NCBI GenBank assembly: GCA_002269645.1
Contig: NIVC01000563.1
Coordinates: 62,001 to 126,000, forward strand
Direction of reading: 5' to 3'
Source of the DNA: Macrostomum lignano
Taxonomy: Eukaryota
Length of the DNA stretch: 64,000 nt
The position numbers and the translations under genes are program-made. How positions within the stretch are numbered: the stretch's first letter is position 1; the number at the start of each line of letters is the position of its first letter. Below are positions 34,470 through 44,130 of this stretch, piece by piece. The notes under the pieces were generated by a model. It searched no databases. It was not told the DNA's origin and saw nothing but the letters and a program-made list of their open reading frames with translations.

Positions 34470-35456
34470 ATGGCGGACCTCTACGAGTGTCTTGGAGTGC
34501 AGCTGTGGGCGTCTGCGGCACAGATTCGGAAAGCGTTCTACGGTCGAGCACGCGAACTGCACCCTGACAAGAGCGCAACAGAGGAGACGCGGAAGAGATT
34601 CCAGGAGTGCGAAGAGGCGTACCGAATACTGTCGTGTCCGTTCCTTAGAAAGCTGTACGATATCTTTGGAAATGCTGTTCGTGACCGGGATGAGATGCTT
34701 CGGCTCGCAGAAGGGATGTTAGAGGATGAAGACATGCCCGACGATCTCCGAGAAGAGATAGAAAGACTACAAGAGAGCGACCGATTAGCTGAGGAGGCGT
34801 ACGAGAGAGAACAGGCGAGGAGGGATGAGGAGCACGTCAAGATGGAGGCAAGTGAGGAGGCCTCAGACGATGAGCAGGACGAAGAGATGAACGAGGCGAG
34901 TGAGACACTGCCGGAGGAGTACGAGGTCGAGAAGGTCTTAGGAGTACGAGTCACGGAGCGAGGAGCGGAGTATCTGCTGCAGTGGGCCGGTGTAGAGGAG
35001 CTTGAGACGTCATGGGAAGCGGAGGAAGATTGTGCCGGATGTAGAAACCTGATTGAAGAATACCTGCAGAGAGCGTACCGGCTTCAGACCAGACCGTGCC
35101 GACCAGTGACCGTCGCGGAACTGGAGAACGTAGGACCCAGTCGGAAGAAACTGCACCAGGCAATGCGAAAGGGCGACCCGTGGGGCATCTTTGAGGTGCT
35201 GCTAGCCCTGAAGGGGAAGTGCGCCACTGCCTCGGTGGATTTCAAGGAATTCGGTCCGGAGTTGATGCTGCAGATCCTGGGCTACTTGGAGCGAGACGGT
35301 CGCAAGTATCCGGGGCACGGAGTTCGTCGGTGGAGTCGCCAAGCGTGTCAAGCTGTCTACATGTCGGTGATGGTGGTGTTCCCGCTGTTTGACCTGCGAC
35401 GCCAGGGTTTGGTCCTGGGTGCCCTCCGTAGGCTGTGGGATTCGTGCTCTGACTGA
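34470..35456 (+). CDS. Retrotransposon accessory ORF3: DnaJ J-domain, acidic linker, chromodomain and unknown C-terminal domain, 328 aa
   Basis: aa1-67 DLYECLGV...IRKAFYGRARELHPDK...FQECEEAYRILS...RKLYD (J-domain, HPD intact); aa151-201 YEVEKVLGVR...EYLLQWAGV...TSWEAEEDCAGCRNLIEEY (chromodomain); lies inside the LTRs and is uninterrupted. Confidence 0.9.
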   Translation: MADLYECLGVQLWASAAQIRKAFYGRARELHPDKSATEETRKRFQECEEAYRILSCPFLRKLYDIFGNAVRDRDEMLRLAEGMLEDEDMPDDLREEIERLQESDRLAEEAYEREQARRDEEHVKMEASEEASDDEQDEEMNEASETLPEEYEVEKVLGVRVTERGAEYLLQWAGVEELETSWEAEEDCAGCRNLIEEYLQRAYRLQTRPCRPVTVAELENVGPSRKKLHQAMRKGDPWGIFEVLLALKGKCATASVDFKEFGPELMLQILGYLERDGRKYPGHGVRRWSRQACQAVYMSVMVVFPLFDLRRQGLVLGALRRLWDSCSD

Positions 35457-35860
35457 GGCTATGTCTTCCTAGGGACTTTGGGGCTAGGGACTTTGCAGTG
35501 CAGACCCAGGGACAGCGGAGCGGAGGTGGACCGGCCTTAACGGGTGCTGACGGAGCGACACGGCTGTGCAGCAACCGCAGGACTCGACGACCAGCGCAGA
35601 GCGACCAGAGCAACCGGCGACAGTAGCGACAGGGAGACGAGGCACCAGAGCGACGGCCGTACTCGGCGGGATGCAGGGAAGCAGTGCTAGTATTACTTGT
35701 GAGGGTAAATGTTTGACGGTTTCATTTTTTTGTTTTTTGTTCGAACTAGTTGCCATGCGAGTCCAAAATATTTTTCAAATGCGGTTTGTTCCTCTGTTCA
35801 ATTTTTTTGTTATAGTAGCATCATTTCAATATTCGACTTTTCGAACTCGAACTTTTGTCT

Positions 35861-35872
35861 AGGGGGAGGGAG
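35861..35872 (+). other. Polypurine tract AGGGGGAGGGAG
   Basis: Immediately 5' of the 3' LTR. Confidence 0.9.
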
Positions 35873-36705
35873 TGTCATGAATGTGTTATGACAATGTGCT
35901 CTTTGCTTAGTTGCTGCACCGGGCCAGTGGGCCGTCCTCTCCCCCTCCCCCCTCCTTAGATATTTTCTGACTCACTCACCTGCACTTCTGCGCGTGCGTA
36001 CCCCTCCCCTCCCTGCCTAGACCTTTTCTGTTGAGTCAACCCCCCATGCTCTGCGTGCGACCCCCCCCCTGTGCGACCCCGCCCCATTATTTTGTTAGCT
36101 TTGCTGCCCCGCCCCTGTTTGTGATTGGCTGCCAGTCCCAGTCTGCCGTGCTGCGCCCCGGCGATTGGCTGGTACAGCTCATGCGTTGCCTTGGCTGATG
36201 TCTAAGCCCCCTTTTCTGCCTTTATCCCGCGCCCTCGACCCCCAGTTTGCTGCCTATTTATTCGGCCCCTTGAGACCCCATTCTCGTCGTCTTCGTGGCT
36301 CCTCGGCGATTGTGCCAGCGTTGGTTGCTGAATTGCTATTCCTCGCAGAATTGCTAGACAAATATATAAGTAAAGAATATCGAGATCACCACTGCTCTGA
36401 CGGCGCTGTTTCTTGTACGACTGAAATCGCGGCTGGTAAGCCTTCCAATTTGTACGTCATTTGGGTCTGCATCTGTACTAGGCACCTTAGAGGGATTAAG
36501 TGCGTCGTACGCCGGTCCCACCCCAAGCAGCTCTGCGTCGTACGCGAGTCTGTAGGCTGTCGTGCGTCGTACGCTCGAGCAGCCTAGTCCCGACGGACAC
36601 CGCGTCGTACGCGTGTCAGTGGAGGACCGCAGCCAGGGTCAGTACACGAACCCGGGTCTGGGAAAGGGGCACGAAAGGACCGAGCCCTTGAGCCCCATCA
36701 TCACA
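35873..36705 (+). repeat. 3' LTR (833 bp)
   Basis: Near-identical to the 5' LTR; followed by TSD GGAC at 36706-36709. Confidence 0.97.
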
Positions 36706-36892
36706 GGACCTTGAGAAATTTCGACTTTAATGAAGTCCCTTGCTAAATTTTTCGATTTTGTGAAATTTCGACCTTGTGAAAGTGGCTGCTATTTGAGTTT
36801 TCGATGTTCTGAAATTTCGACCTTGTGAAATTTCGATCTTGTGAAAGAAGGTGCTTTCGACGTTGTGAAATTTCGAGTTTGTGAAACCCCCC

Positions 36893-37130
36893 CCGCAGCT
36901 CTGCATGGATACTGCCAAGGACTACTAAAGTGAATTATATTTTTACTTTAGTCGTTTTTGGATACTTGCTCGATTGCAGCCTGAGTGTCCCTGGACGCAA
37001 CAAGGTTCAGTAAGTGGGGTGGCAGCGTGGCAGTCACATTGAGATCGCTACGTCGTCTCTGCGTCTAGATTCAGTTGGATGGCAACAGGAACAACTTCAA
37101 GAGGACTTCATTTTGACGAAACACTATCGG
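36893..37130 (-). pseudogene. hAT transposase relic, upstream part, continuous with 27560-28012 once the insertions are removed
   Basis: Minus-strand LPPHLLNLVASRD resembles the hAT CxxHxLNLV region, which precedes TRWNS. Confidence 0.55.
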
Positions 37131-37394
37131 CATTAATTCTACTAACACTAATAAAAAACGCAAATTGAGAAATTGAGAAATTTGATTTTTTTATTAATAT
37201 TGATACCGTGCTGGAGGTACGGAACTTACCAAAAAGTAACGGAAGTGTCGGAGTGCCGCACATTCACACACCCGAATGGACACATTAACACACCTGAATG
37301 GAGACATTCACAACAACAAACAACAACAACGGAATACGCGTTTAGCGTCACAGGACGCGCCTCAGGGCCAGGTCGCGAATGAACGCCTGGCATT

Positions 37395-37640
37395 CACCCA
37401 CCAGAGTTAAGAGACATTCACACACCAGAGTTAAGATACATTCACACACCAGAGTTAAGATACATTCACACACCAGAGTTAAGATACATTCACACAACAG
37501 AGTTAAGATACATTCACACACCAGAGTTAAAATACATTCACACACCAGAGTTAAAATACATTCACACACCAGAGTTAAGAGACATTCACACATCAGAGTT
37601 AAAGACATTCACACACCCGAATGGAGACATTCACACACCA
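37395..37640. repeat. 24-bp minisatellite (cagagttaagatacattcacacac)
   Basis: Direct tandem array. Confidence 0.92.
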
Positions 37641-39803
37641 GAATGGAGGCATTCACTCAACAGAATTGGCGCTCCCTGTTCACAAGTATCGAAGTAAGCC
37701 ACTGGGTTTTCGCAACACGTTTTGAGTCCCAATTTCGTGGTAAAATCATGTGTCGAAACTAACAATGTGCAGCTAACAAAACTAACCCCTGCACCCATGC
37801 ACATTAGAAAAAAGTCTCAGGAACTCTGTATCGGATTCAAATCTGGTAAATATCCAGTCCTGGATGGCTGTCATTGCCACCCAGGTTGCATGTGTCCTGG
37901 GACAGCATGAACTTCGCAGCCGCTGCTCTCCAGATTTTCCTAATTTAGTTTGACAATCTCAATTCAGTGTGTGGTGACACCAGATTCGGTGGGCAAACTC
38001 ATCACTTTGGGTTGTCGGTATACTCGTAGTAGCTTTGAACTATAGGATTCTTATTTTGTATTTCTTCTATCTCCTATCATTCGTTTTATTCTGCTACACT
38101 TCAAATCCCACTCTCTCCGGCTCTACATCATCTCTTCGCCTCTCGGGTAAGAGTAGAAAAAGTGACTTCGAATTCGACGGAGGGAATGAAATTCGTCAGC
38201 TAATATTTACTGCGTCAGAGGCAAAATCCGATTCCACAATTAACTGAAAAATTTACCAGTGAGTGAAATTCGTCAGCACACATGCTCAGAACTTTACTGC
38301 TGGGTGGGACTAAATGACAAAATAGCCTATAGCCTGTAAAACTAGCAGAACAAAACGGACTTTAGCGTTAAATTTTGCGTAGTTTATAACAAATGTTTTG
38401 CTTCGTGTCGTTTTTATCAGTAAAGAAACATATTTTATACAGCTTAAAATATTAAAAAAATAAGCTTTCTTTGCGGCAATATTCTTAAAAATGAATTTAA
38501 GTTATAACCTTTTTGGCATCATAGGCAATGCAAATTTTAATTTCAAACCAATCTAAATTAATCCGCAATTAACGAAGCAATAAACTGCAGTGTGAATGTT
38601 TTTCGCTTAATTCAATTCTACAAATCTATAGCTACATTTTATTTTGCTATTAGTTCATCTAATTACTAGAAATAAGCACAAATAATATGCTTAATTCGAT
38701 GAGTTTTTTATCAGCTTTCCTTAATGTTTATTTTAATACTTAGATTAATGTTAGATTGTTTAAATTACTAAGTAATAAATCTTTGAATTTTAAGACAAAG
38801 TATGGATATTTTGTTGTACATTTTTTTTGCGACTCAGTTTGCCATTATTTCCAGTAGTCTAATTTTCTTTTACAGTTCGTTTTCGCAGTTGTTATGTGTC
38901 CTAATCCTTTTCATCGTTTACTCACTAAATGGAATCGCAATTTACCTTTGACTTTCAACTTTATATTGTAGTTACTCACAAAGGATTGAGGAGTAAATTT
39001 CTTAATTGTTAAATAATGCTCCAGAACTATTAGATTGCATTAAAAACTAATTTAAACTTTAGTCGATTTTTACTAAGAATTGGTTCCTTTGTTAACTCAG
39101 ATTTGCTATATTTAAATTTCCATGCTGTGTTCTGTAGGGTATGTTATATCTTTATTATGGATTCTGTTATTTTATCGAGTTTTGACTGGCTAATAAACAC
39201 AAAAATGCAATAAATGCACCTGTCACAGCCTTGAAAAAGCAAAAATCCTGCAACTAAGAAAATAAATTAAAAAAGATATTGAATAATTTCATATTAAGAT
39301 GCATGGCATTATTTGATTTGTGACCTAGTTATAGTTATAGTTATAATACCTAGTTATAGTTATAGTACTTGACAATGGAAACCATATCCTGAGGTCTCTT
39401 GAAATAGTAATTATTACTTATAGGCTTTTAGCCAACAGAATTTATTTATTTACTAATGTTCTAAAGACCATTTGATGATGGAAAACTATCTATAACTTGT
39501 AAGATATTAATTATCACTGTATTTTTGGTTTTAGTTTTTTTGCCAAAAAATTATTTCATTGCTGACGTTTTAGCTAAGTATAACTAATGGGCTTAAGGAA
39601 TGATAATTACGACTTAAACTAAATGTCTTGAAAACGTCTGTGTCATTATTTGTAGCTGAAACATGCTTAGAGCAATCCCGTAAGTTATTTTAATTTAATG
39701 TTTTAAATTGGCACAGTACAAGCCCAATAGATTTCCACCTATTCAGAACTGAATTGTCGTTTAAAAAACTGCTGCTATAGTCCAGCTAACTCACTGCGCA
39801 GTT

Positions 39804-41128
39804 ATGAAGAGTCCCAAAAGCCGGGGCAGCAACAAGAAGGACGACTCTGGCAAGAGCGGCACCGGCGTCGGCTACCTTGTGTTCAAGGACGTCCCAGAGG
39901 CCGAGGCGCAGCGCTGGCTGGATGCTGAGGACGAGGACGAAGTCCAGGAACTGGTCCGACAATACCTGCGATTAGATTCGGCCGGCTGGGACACGCGACA
40001 GGCGGCCCTACTAGACTACTACTCGTCAGTAGTGCTGTGGTGCCGAGAAAATCAGCTAGCAGCTGGCGAATTGTCTGTGGCCTATGCCGCTGCAAAGATT
40101 CTTCTGGAGGCGGCCGAGTCCGGTTCCGGTCACGCACAGCTTGTCATGCAGCTTAAGGAGCTTCTGGTCGGTGTCGGCATCGCCACCGACGGCCTCAGCG
40201 GCCTAGAGATGCTTGGCGCCGAAAAGCTGCAGGTCAGTCCTTATATTTTTATAGTTTACGAGTGTTCTTATTTGTCCTCCAAGCGTTGCTTGCCAAGTGT
40301 TGCATATCGTTCTCCTGTGCTTTATAGGGCTTGAGTTTGATTCCAGACGTAGGCTGCATTTGTTTATAACGCGCTTAGGGCTGTAGATTTGGCTTTGTTT
40401 GCATAAAAAACTTGAATATCCATGAGGACGGCATCTAAGGACAAAAACCTCAGGTCCTCTGAGCCCTCCTGTATGGTATGATGGCTCAAGAGAAGCGAAG
40501 TACTCGTAATAGGCAGAAAAATACCTCAATGCCTGCTTTAAATTGTATCTATCTTCAAACAATCTTCAGCAACCAGTGACGCAAATCAACACTGAAAATT
40601 ACCCCACAGGCCCTGATGGATTTGTTCAATCGAACTCTGCTGCAGCACCTTCGCCTCTACCAGTTCCTGTTCTCCGGCCAGCCGGACCAGGTTATCGTCA
40701 CCCGGCGCGTGCCGGCTGACGCTCTGCCGCCGGCGTCCCTGCCATTCCCGGCGCCGCTGTGCGAAGGCATGCCGGAGGAGCTCTACAGGCGCTGCAGCGT
40801 CCGCACTGGCGCCACCAGCAGCCGCGCGCGCACTATCGCCGAAGAGGAGCTGACGACCGCTGCCGGAGCTGCCGACGGTGCAACAGACGCGTCGGCCTCG
40901 CGTCCGGGCACCGGCGAAGCAGCTTCGGCGGCCCTGCAACAGCAGCAGGAGCAGGCGGCGGGCCTCGAGGCCGCACTGGCCGAGCTGACGCCAGAGGAGG
41001 TTCAGGCGGCTGTTGACGAAGTCTGCCGAGAGGCCCTCGGCGGCCTGGAGGCTGAGCTGGCGGCCAAGCTGAAGGAAAGGGAGGTGGCCTGGATTGCCAA
41101 GATCAACAAGGTGCATAACACAGCGTGA
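39804..41128 (+). CDS. CABCOCO1: Ciliary-associated calcium-binding coiled-coil protein 1-like (CLAMP/C1a-32 domain), join(39804..40232,40610..41128), 315 aa
   Basis: AALLDYYSSVVLWCRE, LMDLFNRTLLQHLRLYQFLF, PFPAPLCEGM and a C-terminal coiled coil (EEVQAAVDEV...KLKEREVAWIAKINK) parallel vertebrate CABCOCO1; phase-0 GT-AG intron. Confidence 0.75.
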
Positions 41129-41602
41129 TAATTGGCACCGAATACTTTATACTGACTTGACTACTGATTTAACCCGCTTACAGTATACAGCACAGATATA
41201 CCAAAACACTCCTCGTAGGCCATTAGCGGTTTCCTAAGTTAATGTTTTTCACTATTTTTTGTTTATTTCCTGTAAATTTAGAAGCGATAAGAAGATGAAT
41301 AGATAGCGAATACCCTTGTAGTGTTTGGAACATCTGTGCAGTAAAAAGACTATATGTTGTCGAGTAAGACTGAAAATTATTTTTTAATTTGCTTGTAATC
41401 TCTAAATACGAGCTACATTGCCAATGGTTACAGTAGGAAGTCTGTAATAGAAACAACAAGAACAACAAAAAACTCTGGGCATCTTGGCCTCTTAGTTTTT
41501 TTAAACTAAAATTCCGAATCGGTATTTTGTGCATGCTTTATTCAATGAGATGCTAAACCAAGCAATACTGCAAATCAATGCCTTATAGGTTTATCCGGTT
41601 GG

Positions 41603-42898
41603 CTAGTTGTAAAACGACGGCAGGTTGGTCGCGTTGTTCTCAGTGACCTTAGCATAGGCCGCCAGCAGGTGCTTATTGCCCACCTCGTACATGTGCTCAC
41701 GGGCGGCTAGCATGGCGGCCTCGCGAACAACAGCCCGAATGTCGGCGCCGCTGAGCTGCCGGCCCGACTGGACAATCGGATCCAGGTCCAGGTCTGGCGC
41801 GGTGGTCACATTCTCCAACACCGTCTGCAGGATGCTGCGCCGTTCGCGCTGATCTGGATAAGGAAACTCCAGCTTCCGGTCCAGTCGGCCGGGACGAAGC
41901 AACGCCGGGTCGAGGATTTCCGGCCGATTGGTGGCCATGATAACCACTACGTTTGACAGGCGATCGAAGCCGTCCATCTGGACCAAGAACTCCATCAGGA
42001 TGCGCTGGATCTCCTTCTCGCCGCTGCCCATCACATTCTCGTTTCGACGAATGGCCACGGAGTCGATTTCGTCTACGAACAAAATTGATGGTGCGCGCTC
42101 CCTGGCTAAGCGGAACACTTCGCGAACTTTGCGCGGTCCTTCGCCGCTGAACATTTTGACAAATTCGGAGCCGACGGCGTAGATGAACGTGGCGGATGTA
42201 GCGTGAGCCACAGCTTTCACAAGCATTGTTTTGCCGCAGCCGGGCGGGCCGTACAGCAGGATGCCGCGGGGCGGATCGATGCCCAGCTGCTCCATCAGCT
42301 GGCGTTGATTGAGCGGCAGCTCAACGAGCTCGCGAAGCTCCATCTTTTGCTGCTCCAGGCCGCCAATGTCTGAGTAGAGCACGTCAGGTCGGCTGCTGGG
42401 GTCCAGGACTGACACGCCGGCGTTTGCTTCGTCAGGGAAAATGTCTATTAGGCAGGACGGCACGAAGGTGCTGGCGCTGTGCTCGTAGACGCCGTAGAGA
42501 AGCACCTGAACTCCCGGTGTTAACCGTTCGCGATCAATTAGCGGCAAGGTGTGAACAATCACCTCAATGCCGTCGCATTCGACCACAGACTCCTCGCTCT
42601 CCGGTATGAAAAATGAGAATGAAGCAATGCGAAGCGGCGTTTCATCTGTGAGACTCTTCAACCGCTGTTTAAGTTCGTTTTCACGTTTGCGAAGGCTTTG
42701 AATCTCTTGCTCAGTGACTGCCGTCAGAGTTTTAATCGCTTCAATCTCAGCTAGGATCGTCTGGTAGCGCACAAACAAGTCGCTGCTGGGGCCGTCTGTT
42801 CGAACTTCATCTTGATTAAATACGGAAGCCTCCATAATGTCTGTCAGCTGAAGCACTTGTGTTGATGACGAATCCGAAGTGTCAAGGCTAAGTTCCAT
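41603..42898 (-). CDS. PSMC4: Divergent, intronless 26S proteasome AAA-ATPase Rpt3/PSMC4-like protein, ~431 aa
   Basis: PDVLYSDIGGL, GIDPPRGILLYGPPGCGKTMLVKAVAH, Walker B FVDEID, EIQRILMEFLVQMDGFD, ATNR...DPALLRPGRLDRKLEF, C-terminal FYN; start taken at MELSLD (42898). Confidence 0.85.
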   Translation of the reverse strand: MELSLDTSDSSSTQVLQLTDIMEASVFNQDEVRTDGPSSDLFVRYQTILAEIEAIKTLTAVTEQEIQSLRKRENELKQRLKSLTDETPLRIASFSFFIPESEESVVECDGIEVIVHTLPLIDRERLTPGVQVLLYGVYEHSASTFVPSCLIDIFPDEANAGVSVLDPSSRPDVLYSDIGGLEQQKMELRELVELPLNQRQLMEQLGIDPPRGILLYGPPGCGKTMLVKAVAHATSATFIYAVGSEFVKMFSGEGPRKVREVFRLARERAPSILFVDEIDSVAIRRNENVMGSGEKEIQRILMEFLVQMDGFDRLSNVVVIMATNRPEILDPALLRPGRLDRKLEFPYPDQRERRSILQTVLENVTTAPDLDLDPIVQSGRQLSGADIRAVVREAAMLAAREHMYEVGNKHLLAAYAKVTENNATNLPSFYN

Positions 42899-44098
42899 AT
42901 CATAAACGAGCCTTAATATTATGCATGATGTTGCCGAATGAGCGATTATTGTAGCAGTCCTAAGCCTGCCGAAACGAGGGTGAAAGCAGCGATGTCTGCC
43001 CGCCAGCAAAAGTTGTCTATGGCCCCAAGTGGGCACAAAGAAACTATGTGTATATTTTGAGCTAATATTTGCATTAACATGAGATATTAACATTAAAATG
43101 AGATAAACATTAGATATATAGTCCATTGACAGTCTTTAGATTTCTCACGCGGCATACCTTCTGACCTTAGTTTGATTGATTAAAGTTAAACGTTGGCAGG
43201 CTTAGATTGGCTACAATACTAATATAGTTCATGTTACGAGCGTAGCTGATGAAAATCGCGCTTTTGAAAGTCATCACTGACCATAGACAAGTCGCTGAGG
43301 CTGATTTCATGCAGACGTGTATACCTGTAGATATGCATCAGTTTTATGCTTCCACAACAAATTGAAATACCTTATTATTCAATGACGCATAGTCATCAGG
43401 GACTTCTGCGATATAAATTTAACATTGATAAGAAGGGACTGGAAACTCTTTAGTGAGTAAGAAAAAATGTGGGGCTGGCTGATTGACGGTATGCCGAACA
43501 CATGTATATACTTATCAGCTTTTCTTACTAGTTAAAAATCCTAGAATTTGTCGATAAATCTAACGACGGACGAATTAACTAACGAGGAAAAAAAGGAACA
43601 AGAGGACAGGAACCCAAAAAATCAGAGAACCAGAGAACAAGAGTACATAAGAACAGAACCATTCAGGTGTAGTTGGGAAGAATCAGAGAACTAGAGAACG
43701 GGGAGATCAAGGCTAGGATTATAAAAAGTGAAGAATAACCTGAGAACCATACATAGAACAAGAGTACAGAAGAACAGAAGAACCATATAGAAGGGAAGAT
43801 TGTTAGAAAAATCTGCCACAGACGTCTTCAGCAGTTTAACAGGTGGCCGCATGCTACAAAGTTTTTTGCACGAGCAATGATGTTGTCGAGCTGAGCAGAC
43901 CAGGTCTGCACGAAGTTGACGGCCGAATCCAAGCAGATCAGATGCGTCCACAGTGACCCAATTCCTGTTGGAAGATGCGTAAAAGTCTATGGTAAATTTA
44001 TACCACAGAAGTCCTTGATAGTCATTTAGGAGTTAAGAATCGAGCTACATATGTAAATGCACATTCTGAAATATACACTGTATACTGTATGTCATTCT

Positions 44099-44130
<32 letters not shown>

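Larger units (their letters stand above)
28237..36705 (+). mobile_element. Full-length Ty3/Gypsy LTR retrotransposon (8469 bp) with an extra ORF
   Basis: TG...CA LTRs 28237-29070 and 35873-36705; 4-bp TSD GGAC; PBS; PPT; gag followed by PR-RT-RH-IN in Gypsy order. Confidence 0.97.
28013..36892. mobile_element. Foldback MITE (~400 bp: 28013-28236 plus 36710-36892) with 8-bp TSD, split by the Gypsy insertion
   Basis: TSD CCGCAGCT at 28005-28012 and 36893-36900; imperfect TIRs GGGGTGCTTTCACAA / TTGTGAAACCCCCC; internal ttcacaaggtcgaaat subrepeats are inverted on the two sides. Confidence 0.8.

Noticed and set aside
30327-34954. Many antisense and alternate-frame ORFs over gag-pol, and similar ones over other GC-rich exons
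   Set aside because: Shadow ORFs of GC-rich coding sequence with no motifs of their own
34470-35456. ORF3 as an env gene, or as a host gene outside the element
   Set aside because: No signal peptide or convincing transmembrane anchor; it lies between IN and the PPT, within LTRs bounded by a TSD
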